The notes under the pieces were generated by a model that made no database searches, was not told the origin of the DNA, and saw only the letters and a program-made list of their open reading frames with translations. From Deltaproteobacteria bacterium (GTDB lineage Bacteria > Myxococcota > Kuafuiibacteriia > Kuafuiibacteriales > Kuafuiibacteriaceae), in the NCBI GenBank assembly GCA_040218735.1, contig JAVJQW010000038.1, positions 1-64,000 of the forward strand: DNA of 64,000 nt, written 5' to 3'. Position numbers and translations under genes: made by a program. Of the stretch, positions 48,594-58,909 are shown one piece after another; positions within the stretch are counted from its first letter, which is position 1, and each line of letters starts with the position of its first letter.

Positions 48594-48689
48594 GGTGGGA
48601 TCGTACCCTCGGATCGAGGTGGCGGGGGTCCTTTACGTCGGGCGAAGATTCTTCGAACTTTCCGTCGACCGCCTGCACTGGGCCCTCGG

Positions 48690-49259
48690 ATGACCACCAA
48701 ACTCGAGGTGATCCCGCTGCGACCGGAGACGACCGAACGCAGCGACGACGACCTGATGCGGCTCGCGCGCGCCGGCGCGCCGGGGGCGTTCGAGGCGCTC
48801 GTCCGCCGACACCAGGTCCAGACGCTGCGGCTCTGTTATCGCTACCTCGGCAACAGCACGCTCGCGCAGGACGCGGCGCAGAACACCCTCGTCGAGCTCT
48901 ACCGCTACGTCCCGCGGTACGAGCCCCGAGGGCAGTTCGGGGCGTTGCTCCGGCGCATCGCGTTGAACCAGTGCCGGATGCTGGTCCGTTCGCGGCGCCC
49001 CGTCGGCCCGGAGGTCGACGCGCCGAGCCCGGCGGACGACCCCGAGCATGAGATCCTTCGGGCAGAGCGGCGCCGCGAGGTCGCGCGCGCGCTCGCCAAG
49101 TTACCGGAGCGCCACCGCCGCGTGCTCGCGCTGCGCTTCGGGGCGGACCTGAGTTACCAGGAGATCGCCGACGACATCGGGCGCCCCATCGGGACGGTTC
49201 GCTCGCGCCTGTTCGACGGGCTGAAGAAGCTCCGAAGGACGCTGGGGGTCAAAACATGA
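48690..49259 (+). CDS. ECF sigma-70 factor
   Basis: AFEALVRRH, AQDAAQ, IALNQC and LSYQEIA...GTVRSRL. Confidence 0.92.
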   Translation: MTTKLEVIPLRPETTERSDDDLMRLARAGAPGAFEALVRRHQVQTLRLCYRYLGNSTLAQDAAQNTLVELYRYVPRYEPRGQFGALLRRIALNQCRMLVRSRRPVGPEVDAPSPADDPEHEILRAERRREVARALAKLPERHRRVLALRFGADLSYQEIADDIGRPIGTVRSRLFDGLKKLRRTLGVKT

Positions 49260-50035
49260 ACAAGGTCGACGTCCACGGCTCCCACGAAGAGTGGGAGCGC
49301 TACCTCGAGGGCGAGCTCACGCAGTCGCGCGCCGCCGAGCTCGAACGGCACGTTGTCGCGTGTGAGGCGTGCGCTGAATCGCTGGAGGAGACTCGAGCGT
49401 TCTTCGCCACGCTCCGCGATGCGCCGGAGCGACTCCTCGCGACGGACCTCGTGCCGCACGTCATGGAACGTATCGAGGCTCCGGCTCCGCGCCGAACCCG
49501 GCGGTGGGTTCTCGCGCCGCTCGCGGCGGCGGCGGCGATTGCGGTGGTGTGGTTGCCGACCTCCGACCCTTCCGAGTTCCGCGCGAAGTCGAGCGCGACG
49601 GATCGCGCGGATGATTGGGTGGGTTTGACCGCCTACGTGATGGAATCAGGTGGGCCGCCGCAGCCCGTCGACGGCGCGGTCGCGCCCGACCAGGCGTTGG
49701 CCTTTTTGTATCGGAATATCGGTGCGCGCCCGTTCGAGTATCTGATGATCTTCGCGGTCAGCGGGAGCGGCGAGGTCTACTGGTATTATCCTGCGTACGA
49801 TGATGCGTCGACCAACCCCGCGTCGGTGCGCATCGAGGCCGGAACGTTGGAGCTTCCGGATCGCGTCACCCATTCGCTCGAACCCGGGGAGCTCCACGTC
49901 TACGGGGTGTTCACGCGCGAGCCGCGGACGGTTCGGGAGATCGAGGCGCTCGTCGGGTCGGTGCAACCGGGGGAGCGCTTGCCCGTCGAGGGTGCCGGCC
50001 AACATCACATCCGGGTCGAGGTGACCGAGCGATGA
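49256..50035 (+). CDS. zinc-finger (zf-HC2) anti-sigma factor with a periplasmic DUF4384-like domain
   Basis: HVVACEAC, TM helix and FRAK; ATGA coupling to the sigma gene. Confidence 0.85.
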   Translation: MNKVDVHGSHEEWERYLEGELTQSRAAELERHVVACEACAESLEETRAFFATLRDAPERLLATDLVPHVMERIEAPAPRRTRRWVLAPLAAAAAIAVVWLPTSDPSEFRAKSSATDRADDWVGLTAYVMESGGPPQPVDGAVAPDQALAFLYRNIGARPFEYLMIFAVSGSGEVYWYYPAYDDASTNPASVRIEAGTLELPDRVTHSLEPGELHVYGVFTREPRTVREIEALVGSVQPGERLPVEGAGQHHIRVEVTER

Positions 50036-51516
50036 TGCTCGCGAGCGTCGTGCTGTTGGGTGCGGTGGCCGGGCAGCCGCCGCCGCCGCCGGTCTCGCGT
50101 TTTGCGATCGTCATCGGGACGAACCGGCCGGACGACGAACGCTCGGCCCCGCTCCGGTACGCGGACGATGACGCGCTCGCCGTGCATCGGCTCCTCGAAG
50201 AGGCGGGCGTCGACAGCCGCCTCCTCACCGTCCTCGACGCCGACACCGCGAAGCTCCACCCGACCGTCGCGCCGAAGGCGCCCACCGCCGATGCCGTGCG
50301 GGATGCGTTCTCGGAGCTGGTCGCCGCAATGCAACGGGCGGGCGGCCCGGTCGAACTCCTGTTCTTCTACAGCGGCCACGGCGGTGTGGCGCACGGCGAA
50401 GGTTATGTCGCCATCGAGGGCGGGCGGCTCTTTCGTTCGACGCTGCACCGCGAGCTCATCGCGGTGTCGCCCGCGGTGCGCAACCACGTGATCGTCGACG
50501 CGTGTAAGTCGTACTTCATGGCCTACCCGAAGGGGCCCGGCGGACAACGGCAACCCCACGGTGGGTTGCTCGCGGACGCCACGGTCCCGGGTCGTACCGG
50601 CTTCATCCTGTCCACGTCCTCCGGCCGTGACTCCCACGAGTGGGACCGGCTGCAGTCCGGGGTCTTCAGTCACCAGATTCGCTCCGCGTTGCGCGGGGCG
50701 GCCGACGTCGACGGGGATGGCACCATCAGCTACGCAGAGATCGGTGCGTTCCTCGAGCGCGCCAACGTGGCGATCCCCAACGTCCGCTTTCGCCCCGACT
50801 TCGTCGTCCGGCCGCCTGGCCCGCACCCGGGTGACCTCTCGCAAGCTGTGTTGACATGGGTCGAAGGGGAGGACGCGCTCTCGATGGGAGAAGAGGGGGT
50901 GCGTCGTGTCTATCTCGAGGGTCCGACGGGGGAGCGGATCCTCGATATTCACAAACGGCCGAGTGAGATCGTTCGCTTGTACCTACCGTCCGTGCGTCCG
51001 CTCTTCGTCCGTACGACCGATGAGCGGACCGAGTGGGTGATCGAGGAGCGTGGGTTCACGAAGCTGGCGAAGCTGGAGCCGCGGAGTGCTTCGGTGGCGG
51101 GGAAGGGGGCGCAGCACCTCGCGTTCGAGCAGCTGTTCGAGGCGCCGTTCGGGGAGGCGGACGTCGTCGCGTTCGCCGCCGACTACGGGGCGGGTCCGGA
51201 TCCGTTGTTGGTCGAGCGCGACGTTTCGGAGTCGGACGCGACGGGGTGGGTGAGGCCAGCGCTGGGCATCGGCGCGATTACGCTCGCGGTGGCGGGGGCG
51301 GTGATGACGACGTGGGCGCTCGAGCGTCGGTTCAGCGGTGGCGACCTGACGTTCGACGACAAGGTGGCCCGCGATCACCAGATACATCAGCTCAATGCGG
51401 CGGCCCTGTCGCTGTACGGCGGGGCGTTGTTGACGGGTGGGTTGTGGTTCGGTCTGGGGTTGTGGCCGTCGAACGACGAGTCTGCGGTGGGACTAACGGC
51501 GGGGTCGACGTTTTGA
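50032..51516 (+). CDS. secreted, membrane-anchored caspase-family (C14) protease
   Basis: RFAIVIG, LRYADDDA, FYSGHG (His), IVDACKS (Cys), DVDGDGTISYAE EF-hand-like loop and C-terminal TM segments. Confidence 0.88.
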   Translation: MMLASVVLLGAVAGQPPPPPVSRFAIVIGTNRPDDERSAPLRYADDDALAVHRLLEEAGVDSRLLTVLDADTAKLHPTVAPKAPTADAVRDAFSELVAAMQRAGGPVELLFFYSGHGGVAHGEGYVAIEGGRLFRSTLHRELIAVSPAVRNHVIVDACKSYFMAYPKGPGGQRQPHGGLLADATVPGRTGFILSTSSGRDSHEWDRLQSGVFSHQIRSALRGAADVDGDGTISYAEIGAFLERANVAIPNVRFRPDFVVRPPGPHPGDLSQAVLTWVEGEDALSMGEEGVRRVYLEGPTGERILDIHKRPSEIVRLYLPSVRPLFVRTTDERTEWVIEERGFTKLAKLEPRSASVAGKGAQHLAFEQLFEAPFGEADVVAFAADYGAGPDPLLVERDVSESDATGWVRPALGIGAITLAVAGAVMTTWALERRFSGGDLTFDDKVARDHQIHQLNAAALSLYGGALLTGGLWFGLGLWPSNDESAVGLTAGSTF

Positions 51517-51560
51517 GTTCGTCCGAACCAAACCCATGCGTGGCGCACTGGGACGGCATC

Positions 51561-52451
51561 ATGAAATCAAACCCAATTCAGATCTTGGTGCTTACCGGTA
51601 TCGCCGGCGTTGCTTGTGTTCCTGACTTCGGTACGGCGCACGTCGAGCTCGCGATCCTCGGCGTCGCGTCCTCGACGGTGGCCGCGTGTCAGTTTGGGCC
51701 GGGGACGCCGCCGGTGCTCTCCGACGCGTTGGTCTTCGACCTCGCTGCGAGTGAGAAGCTGCGCTTGCCGTTGGTCGTTCGGAACGACTGGGGCTCGACG
51801 ATCGCGGTCAAGGAGATGGACCTCAGCTGGGACTGCAACGCGAACGGTTTCAGTCCGGGCGAGGGCCCCCTGTTCGTCCCGAGTCACGACTTGGATGTGC
51901 CGTTCTGTCGTGACACGCACCAGCCCAACCGTCCGTTCATCGGTTGGGACGTGGTCGCAACGACGGGCGCGCCGATCGAGCCCGGCGCGACCGGTGTGGT
52001 CTGGGTGGAGATCGTCCCGAGCGCGCTCGGGGAGGCGATGAGTGAGTCGATGGATCTCGCGGTCCTCGCGAACGTCTGCGAGGACGGCAACTTCCACGGC
52101 GTCGACCTGAGCTCGCCGGAGTGTCAGGCCCTCGCGTCGCGACTCGACGAGGTCCTCCCGGGTGCGTCCATCAACAATACTCGCGTGAGCCGATACGCGC
52201 GCTACGCGTTCGCCGACGGAGACTTCGCCCTCGAGGGCGACCCCAACCCGCCGATGTTCGGCACCGGCCTTCGCCTGCAGCTGCGCGGCCTCGTCCGAGG
52301 TGAGTCGGGCAACGACGACATCTTCTCGAACGAGATCATCCAGGCGGTCGACATCTGCCGAAACTGCGGCGTCGTCCAGAGCACCACGCCCGCGACGCGG
52401 GCACCGCGCGACGGGTTCGCGTGTTACTACGAGCCGGCGACGGCGCGCTGA
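51561..52451 (+). CDS. hypothetical lipoprotein
   Basis: GVAC lipobox and Cys-containing sequence. Confidence 0.7.
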   Translation: MKSNPIQILVLTGIAGVACVPDFGTAHVELAILGVASSTVAACQFGPGTPPVLSDALVFDLAASEKLRLPLVVRNDWGSTIAVKEMDLSWDCNANGFSPGEGPLFVPSHDLDVPFCRDTHQPNRPFIGWDVVATTGAPIEPGATGVVWVEIVPSALGEAMSESMDLAVLANVCEDGNFHGVDLSSPECQALASRLDEVLPGASINNTRVSRYARYAFADGDFALEGDPNPPMFGTGLRLQLRGLVRGESGNDDIFSNEIIQAVDICRNCGVVQSTTPATRAPRDGFACYYEPATAR

Positions 52452-52640
52452 GTCGGCGCGACGTTCTCTCAATAGATTCAACGCCTTCGGTCCCCACCAA
52501 AGAAAATCTGCCTCGCCCGCCCGACATCGATCGGCCCTGAGCGACACCTCCTACGAACCGCCTCGCATCGCTTTGGGTGCGCGGCGCGAAAGGAGCTCAT
52601 GGTGCGACGTTTTTGGACTTCATCACCCCGTCGGGGACGC

Positions 52641-53036
52641 GTGCATACGCGCCCGCGACTGCTCGGGGGGCTCGCGCTCTCGATGTTGCTCGCGGCGGCC
52701 TGTTCGGGTGCGTCGGATTCGAACTGCGAGGGCGGCGTCTGCCCGACGAGCGCGGTCGTCCGCGTCCTGGACGATCGCGCGAGGTCCTGCGAGCTGCTCT
52801 TGCGGGACGCTGCGGACGGCCGGACCGCGGTTCGATTCTCGGACGCGGTGCTCGGACGTCAGGTCCGCGAGGGCGGCAGGCTCGCCGTCGCGGTGACCCA
52901 GCGGACGCGCGCCGCCGTCCCCGACGATGCGATGACCCTGGAGATTTCGGGCGGTGCGCCCGAGCTCGTGAGCAGCACGTGCTTCGACGATCGCGGGGAG
53001 CCGCTCCCCGGCCCCGGGGTGGAGGTCGAGCGATGA
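52641..53036 (+). CDS. small hypothetical lipoprotein coupled to the RHS gene
   Basis: AAAC lipobox; ATGA overlap with the RHS gene start. Confidence 0.7.
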   Translation: MHTRPRLLGGLALSMLLAAACSGASDSNCEGGVCPTSAVVRVLDDRARSCELLLRDAADGRTAVRFSDAVLGRQVREGGRLAVAVTQRTRAAVPDDAMTLEISGGAPELVSSTCFDDRGEPLPGPGVEVER

Positions 53037-56000
53037 ACCGCACCACGACGCTGCTGACCTTGCTCTGCACCCTCGCCGCGACGCCCGCCGTCGCGCAGAC
53101 CGTGGTTTCGGACGACCGACTCAGCCTGCCGGATGGCCCGGGTTCGCTCGAGGGGCTCGGCGACAACGTCGCCGTCGACGGGAACATGGGTTTGATGCGG
53201 TGGTCTCTCCCCATCGCCGTGCCGGCCGGCCACCGAACGATGACGCCCGACGTCGAGCTCCGCTACAGCTCGGGCAACGGGAACTCCGTCGTCGGCATCG
53301 GGTGGTCGCTGCGCGAGCCGTACATCGAACGACTGACGATTCGCGGGCTGCCCTCCTACGCACCCGACGACGAGTTCACGACGGCGGACGGTGACCAGCT
53401 GGTCCGCGTGGTGGACTCCGAGTCACCGGTCTACCGATCGAGGTTCGAGAAGGCGTTCGTCCGCTACCGGTGGATGGATGCCGCCGACGGACGCGAGGGG
53501 TACTGGGTCGCGGAGTATCCGGACGGGCGCGTTGGCTACTTCGGCGCCGACGCGGACGGTGAGCTCGTCGACAGCGCGCGCGTCGCCGGGCGCGACGGGA
53601 CGTTTCGCTATCATCTGGTCGAGGTGCGCGACCCGTTCGGGCATGTGATTCGCTACCGCTACGAGAAGTCCGCGAACGTCGCGTACTGCGCGTCCATCGG
53701 CTACGTGTACGCGTCGGGCGCGCCGCGCTACGTCGTCGAGCTCGAGTACGAGGACCGCCCCGATCGTCTGAACGACTGCAAGTCGGGGCGCTGCGAGCGC
53801 ATCGAACGACGCCTCGCGGCGATCGACGTGCGCTCCAACGAAGAGCGCATCCGGCGCTACGTGCTCGTCTACGACGACGCGACCGAAGGGCTGATCGTGA
53901 GTCGTCTCGTCGGCGTCACGCAGCTCGGTCTCGGGGACGTCGTCTACCCGGGGGTGTTCTCCTTCGGCTATTCGCGTTCGCTGGGGGCGAGCTGCGAGGG
54001 CTGCGTTTCGCCGTACCTCGTGTCGATGGGCAGCCTCGGCCTGGACGTCGCGGCCGGGACCGCGAGCCTCGTCGACATGACCGGCGATGGGCTGCCGGAC
54101 GTCGTGAACTCCGGGCTGGAGGGGCCGCACCGCATCCACATCAACCGGATGGACGCGGACGGTCGCCAGTACTTCGACGCGCCGACCCAGAGCGCGGAGG
54201 CGGCGTCGAGCTCGAGCAAGCTCGACTCCTCGTTCGTGCAGATCCTGGACGCGGACGGCGACGGGTTCGCGGACCTCGTCGACGCGATCAACGGCGTCGT
54301 GCTGAAGAACTTCGGGCTCGGAGACTGGGCCGCCGCCCAGAGCATCGACACGTCCGGCTTCCCGGACTTCGGCGAGGACGCAAACCTACGGTTCCTCGAC
54401 TACGACAACGACCGGCGCATCGACGTCGTGCAGAGCGATGCGACCACGACGCAGTTCTGGCGCAACCTCGGCGCGGGCGAGTTCGCGTCGGTCGGCGTGT
54501 CGGCGGATTCGATCGGCGCGGGCTTCGTGGAGAACGGGCTCCGGCTCGAAGAGCTCAACGGCGACGGACTCTTGGATGCGGCGATCGTGGCCGACGCCTC
54601 GATCGCATACCGACCGAACCTCGGCATGGGGCAGTGGGGGCCGTGGACGGAGATGGCGAACGTTCCGAACATCCCCGCGAACCAGATGCGCCTCGTCGAC
54701 CTCAACGGCGACAGCCTCGTCGACGTCGTTGCGGTGCGCGGTCGAGCGGTGCAGTACGCGCTCAACCGCAGCGGCGATGGCTTCCTGCCGCTCGTGGAGA
54801 TCACCAACGCCGGCGCCGACGCGCTCCCGGAGGCGAGCGCCGACGTGACCGTCTTGTTCTCGGACATGAACGGCAACGGGTCGGAGGACGCCGTCTGGAT
54901 CACCCGCTCGGGTGAGGTCACCTACCTCGAGCTCTTCCCGGTGCGCCCCAACTTGCTGACGCGCATCGAGAACGGCCTCGGGATGGTCACGGACGTCACG
55001 TACTCGACGTCGGCGATGCAGCGCGCGGCGGGCCCGGCGTGGTCCCACGCGGTACCGCACCCGATGATCGTGGTGGAACAGCTCGACGCGTGGGACGCGC
55101 TGACCGAGGTCCACGAGGTCACCACGCTGAGTTACCGCGATGGGTTCTACGACGGCGTCGAGAAGCAGTTCCGAGGCTACGCACACGTGGCGTCGTCTTT
55201 GTCCGGAGACGAGAGCGTCGAGCCGGGGATCGTGACGCGTGTCTACGACGTGGGCGCGACCGACACGTACTTCAACGGTCTGTTGCTCGAGGAGTCGCAG
55301 ACCTCCGCCGGCGCCGCCCTGAAGAAGACGACGAACCGCTACGAGGACTGTCCGGTCGATGGCGTCCCGGTGGAGGGGCTTCGCTTCGACGTCCGCCACG
55401 TCTGTAAGGTCGCGACCGAGGTCGTCCTTCAGGAGGGCATGGATCCCTCCGCGTGGGTCACGACCGAGACGACCTACGTCCACGACGGCTACGGCAACAT
55501 CACGGCGATGGCCGACCTCGGCGTGACGAAGATCGGCGAAGGGGGCTGTGGCGCGTGCGCGCGTGATGCTTCCGCGTTCGGGGAAGCGTGTGGAGCGGCG
55601 TGCCTCGGCGACGAGCGCTTCGTCGAGACGACGTACGTCGAGCCCGACAGCACGGGCGGGCGTTGGATCCTCGGTGCGGCGTTCCGCGTGCGGACGTTCG
55701 GTGAGGCCGACGGCGCCGTCTACGGCGAGACGACGACCTACTACGATGGCGAAGACTTCGTGGGGCTGGCCGCCGGCGCCCTCACGCAGGGCAAGGTCAC
55801 GCGTCGAAGCTCGCTCGTGGAGGCGGGGCGCACGATCGACGTCGAACGGAACCGCCACGACGCCCACGGCAACGTCGTCGAGACGCTCGACCCGATCGGG
55901 ACGCCGGGTGCCCCGGGGCATCGACGCGTGTACACCATGACGGACGACGGTCTGCGCGTGGCCCGCCTGGACGTCCCGTTGGACGGCTACACCCTGCGGC

Positions 56001-58909
56001 GCGAGCGCACCTACGATCCGGTCTTCGACGAGGTGGCCGAAGCGACGTCGTGGATGATCGTCGAGGGCGGCGCGGTTCGAACGGCGCGCAACAGCGAGTT
56101 CTTCGCCTACGACGCGTTCGGCCGCATCGACCGCATCGTGCGCCCCGGCGGCGACACTCTGGACGCGCCCACGGAGCGCTACCACTACGCGCTTGGCGCG
56201 CCCGTCAGCCGGATCGCCGTCGAGCGTCGCTCGGTGGCCGGCGGCCCTGTCGATCTCGAGTCGTCGCGGTGCATCGACGGACGAGGCCGCCTCGTGCAGG
56301 CGAAGCACCGACTCGCCGAGGGTCGTTTTCAGGCGGATGGGTTCGTCGTTCGCAACGTCCGCGGCGGCGATCGTCGTGTGTACCAGCCGTACGTCACGTC
56401 GACCGGTGCGTGTGATCTCGCACCGCCCTCGGACGTCGCTTCCGTCGCGACGACCTACGACGCCACCTCGCGCGTGCGCACGGTGCTGCACCCCGACGAC
56501 GACGTGTACGACCGACCCTCCACGGAAGAGATCGTCTACACGCCGCTCGAGACCATTCACTACGACGGCGAGGACGCGGATCCGAGCAGCCCACACTTCG
56601 ACACGCCGACCGTCGTCGTGCGCGACGGGCTCGGGCGGACGGTGGCGATCGAACGCAACCTCGGCGGTGAGGCCGTCAGCACGCGCTTCACCTACGACGC
56701 GCTCGGGCACCTCCGCGGCTACGTCGACGCCGCGGGCCACGAGAAGGTTCAACGCTTCGACCTCCTGGGGCGCGTCGGGGAGGTTTCGGATCCGAACGCT
56801 GGCCAAGTTCGTTTCGGCCACGACGACGCCGGCAATCGAATCACCACGACCGACGGTCGCGGCGTGACGGTGCGTACCGTGTACGACGGCATGAACCGGC
56901 CGCTCGAGCGCTTCGACGCCGCGAACGAAGCGGCGACGAAGATTCGCTGGCAGTACGACCGGGATCCGGAGTGCGCCGCGTGCACCAACGGCGAAGGCCG
57001 CGTCGTGCATCGCACGTATCCGGCCGGGGTCGACACGGTCGGCTACGATCCGCGTGGACGTCGTGTCCTCGAACAGCGGACGATCGACGGCCACCGATTC
57101 GAAACGACGACCGCCTTTGACAACGTCGACCGCGTCGTAGCGATGACCTACCCCGACGGCCGCAAGCGGACCCGCACGTACGATGGTGGCTCACGCGTGG
57201 TCGCCATCGACGGCGTGGTCCCGACGTTCGGCTACGACGACCGTGGTCTCCTGGAGATGGTGGCGTTCGCCGACGGCTCTTCGCGACGACGAAGCTACGA
57301 TCGGCGTCGCCGGCTCGCGGAGCTGACGTCGCTGGACGGCGGGGGCGCGGTGCTCCAGTCGTACGTCTACGACCGCGACCGCGAGGGAAACATTCGGGAG
57401 GTCGACGTCTCCGGCCGCGCGGCGTTCGCGGAGCACGGCCGAGCCCGCTACACGTACGACGACTGGTACCGACCGACGCTCGCAGCGCTCGGCTCGTCGG
57501 CGATGGCGGGTGGCGTCGTGGAGACGACCTACGCCTACGACGTGATCGACAACGTCCTCGAGCAGCGGACGAACGACGGCGCGGCGCCGTTCAGCTACGG
57601 CGGCGAGGCCGGGCCCAACGCCATCGTGGAGGCCAACGAGCTTCGCTACGCGTATGACGCGGCGGGTCGGGTCACGGCGCGTGGCGCGCAGTCGATCGAG
57701 TGGGACTTCCTCGGCCGGCTGACGCGGGTCCACGAGGCGGAGCGCGACGTCGAGCGATCGGTCTACGGCGCCGACCACATGCGCGTCGCGAAGACCGAGG
57801 GCGACAGCGTGACGTACTACGTGACGTCGTCGTTCGACGTGCGCGACGGGGTGGCGGTCATCTACGATCGTTTGAATGGAGTGCGCCTGTCCGAGGACGC
57901 CTCGACGGCGTTCCAGTCCGAGGTGTTCGACGACCTCGCACCCGCTTCGGCGCCCGACGGCGTCATCCGCGCGAGCGACGCGTGGATGCAGCTGTCGAAC
58001 TGCGACGCCGACTGTGACGCGGCGCCGGTCCTCGCGGGGGCGGCGCGCCGCTTGCTGACGGACGAGCGGCCGGCGTTCGTGCACCCGGATCACCTGGGGA
58101 GCACGCGCTTGATGACGCGCGACGGCGACGTCGACGCGGAGGTCGCGCTCTCGACGTTTGGCGCGCAGACCGCGCACCGTGGGTCGACGCCGACGTTCAT
58201 CTTCACGGGACAGGAGCGCGACGCGTCGGGCCTCGACCACTTCGCGTTCCGAACCTACGACGCGACGGTCGGACGGTGGATGAGCCCAGACCCGTTGTTC
58301 CTGGTGTTGACGACCGCGCAGCTCGACAAACACGGCGAGGCGACGACGGCGTACGCGTACGTCGGGAACCGGCCGACGGCGAAGGTCGACCCGCTCGGCC
58401 TGACCGGAGGCAGCTCGAGCGCGTCGAAGGGGTCGCGGGGCTCGAAGGGTTCCAAGGGTTCCAAGGGCTCGAAGTCGCGCCGGAGCTCGTCGAGCGAGCG
58501 CAAGCGCGCGGACAAGGGCAAGCAGCGTGCGAGCACGCCGCCGTCGAGCGACAGTGGATCGTCGAGGTCGTCCGGGAGCTGGCCGAGCTCGTACTTCGAC
58601 AAGAACTTCGACTACACGAACCGGCCCAACGCCGGACCGATGTCGGACGCCCAAGTCGACCGCGCGAATGCGGCGTACCGCGCCGAACGATCGCGTCGCT
58701 GGAGCACGGAGCGCAACGGCACGCCGTGGGCCGACCACCCCCCTCCGGGCTCCGGCGGCGGCGGCTCCGGCGGCGGTGGTGGCGGCGGCTCCGGCGGCGG
58801 TGGCTCGGGGGGCTCGAGCTCCGGCGCCTCGCTCAGCAGTGGCGGTGGCGGCGGTGGTTGCTGGAGCAGCTGCTTCAGTTGGTTGAGGAACCCGTTCAGG
58901 CGTCGCTAG
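53033..58909 (+). CDS. SpvB/FG-GAP/TcdB-mid/RHS-YD repeat protein (TcB-TcC-like fusion) with a signal peptide
   Basis: GGAGG RBS and signal peptide; LRYSSGNGNSVVGIGW (SpvB); DxxGDGxxD repeats; LLTRIENGLG, FRGYAHV; YD repeats; HPDHLGS, FTGQERD, RWMSPDP and a DPLGL core end. Confidence 0.9.
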   Translation: MNRTTTLLTLLCTLAATPAVAQTVVSDDRLSLPDGPGSLEGLGDNVAVDGNMGLMRWSLPIAVPAGHRTMTPDVELRYSSGNGNSVVGIGWSLREPYIERLTIRGLPSYAPDDEFTTADGDQLVRVVDSESPVYRSRFEKAFVRYRWMDAADGREGYWVAEYPDGRVGYFGADADGELVDSARVAGRDGTFRYHLVEVRDPFGHVIRYRYEKSANVAYCASIGYVYASGAPRYVVELEYEDRPDRLNDCKSGRCERIERRLAAIDVRSNEERIRRYVLVYDDATEGLIVSRLVGVTQLGLGDVVYPGVFSFGYSRSLGASCEGCVSPYLVSMGSLGLDVAAGTASLVDMTGDGLPDVVNSGLEGPHRIHINRMDADGRQYFDAPTQSAEAASSSSKLDSSFVQILDADGDGFADLVDAINGVVLKNFGLGDWAAAQSIDTSGFPDFGEDANLRFLDYDNDRRIDVVQSDATTTQFWRNLGAGEFASVGVSADSIGAGFVENGLRLEELNGDGLLDAAIVADASIAYRPNLGMGQWGPWTEMANVPNIPANQMRLVDLNGDSLVDVVAVRGRAVQYALNRSGDGFLPLVEITNAGADALPEASADVTVLFSDMNGNGSEDAVWITRSGEVTYLELFPVRPNLLTRIENGLGMVTDVTYSTSAMQRAAGPAWSHAVPHPMIVVEQLDAWDALTEVHEVTTLSYRDGFYDGVEKQFRGYAHVASSLSGDESVEPGIVTRVYDVGATDTYFNGLLLEESQTSAGAALKKTTNRYEDCPVDGVPVEGLRFDVRHVCKVATEVVLQEGMDPSAWVTTETTYVHDGYGNITAMADLGVTKIGEGGCGACARDASAFGEACGAACLGDERFVETTYVEPDSTGGRWILGAAFRVRTFGEADGAVYGETTTYYDGEDFVGLAAGALTQGKVTRRSSLVEAGRTIDVERNRHDAHGNVVETLDPIGTPGAPGHRRVYTMTDDGLRVARLDVPLDGYTLRRERTYDPVFDEVAEATSWMIVEGGAVRTARNSEFFAYDAFGRIDRIVRPGGDTLDAPTERYHYALGAPVSRIAVERRSVAGGPVDLESSRCIDGRGRLVQAKHRLAEGRFQADGFVVRNVRGGDRRVYQPYVTSTGACDLAPPSDVASVATTYDATSRVRTVLHPDDDVYDRPSTEEIVYTPLETIHYDGEDADPSSPHFDTPTVVVRDGLGRTVAIERNLGGEAVSTRFTYDALGHLRGYVDAAGHEKVQRFDLLGRVGEVSDPNAGQVRFGHDDAGNRITTTDGRGVTVRTVYDGMNRPLERFDAANEAATKIRWQYDRDPECAACTNGEGRVVHRTYPAGVDTVGYDPRGRRVLEQRTIDGHRFETTTAFDNVDRVVAMTYPDGRKRTRTYDGGSRVVAIDGVVPTFGYDDRGLLEMVAFADGSSRRRSYDRRRRLAELTSLDGGGAVLQSYVYDRDREGNIREVDVSGRAAFAEHGRARYTYDDWYRPTLAALGSSAMAGGVVETTYAYDVIDNVLEQRTNDGAAPFSYGGEAGPNAIVEANELRYAYDAAGRVTARGAQSIEWDFLGRLTRVHEAERDVERSVYGADHMRVAKTEGDSVTYYVTSSFDVRDGVAVIYDRLNGVRLSEDASTAFQSEVFDDLAPASAPDGVIRASDAWMQLSNCDADCDAAPVLAGAARRLLTDERPAFVHPDHLGSTRLMTRDGDVDAEVALSTFGAQTAHRGSTPTFIFTGQERDASGLDHFAFRTYDATVGRWMSPDPLFLVLTTAQLDKHGEATTAYAYVGNRPTAKVDPLGLTGGSSSASKGSRGSKGSKGSKGSKSRRSSSSERKRADKGKQRASTPPSSDSGSSRSSGSWPSSYFDKNFDYTNRPNAGPMSDAQVDRANAAYRAERSRRWSTERNGTPWADHPPPGSGGGGSGGGGGGGSGGGGSGGSSSGASLSSGGGGGGCWSSCFSWLRNPFRRR

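Noticed and set aside
58745-58858. GGC-rich GGGGS run as a synthetic linker or microsatellite
   Set aside because: Mixed codons fit host usage and the run is in frame within the RHS cargo. There is no other sign of engineered sequence.
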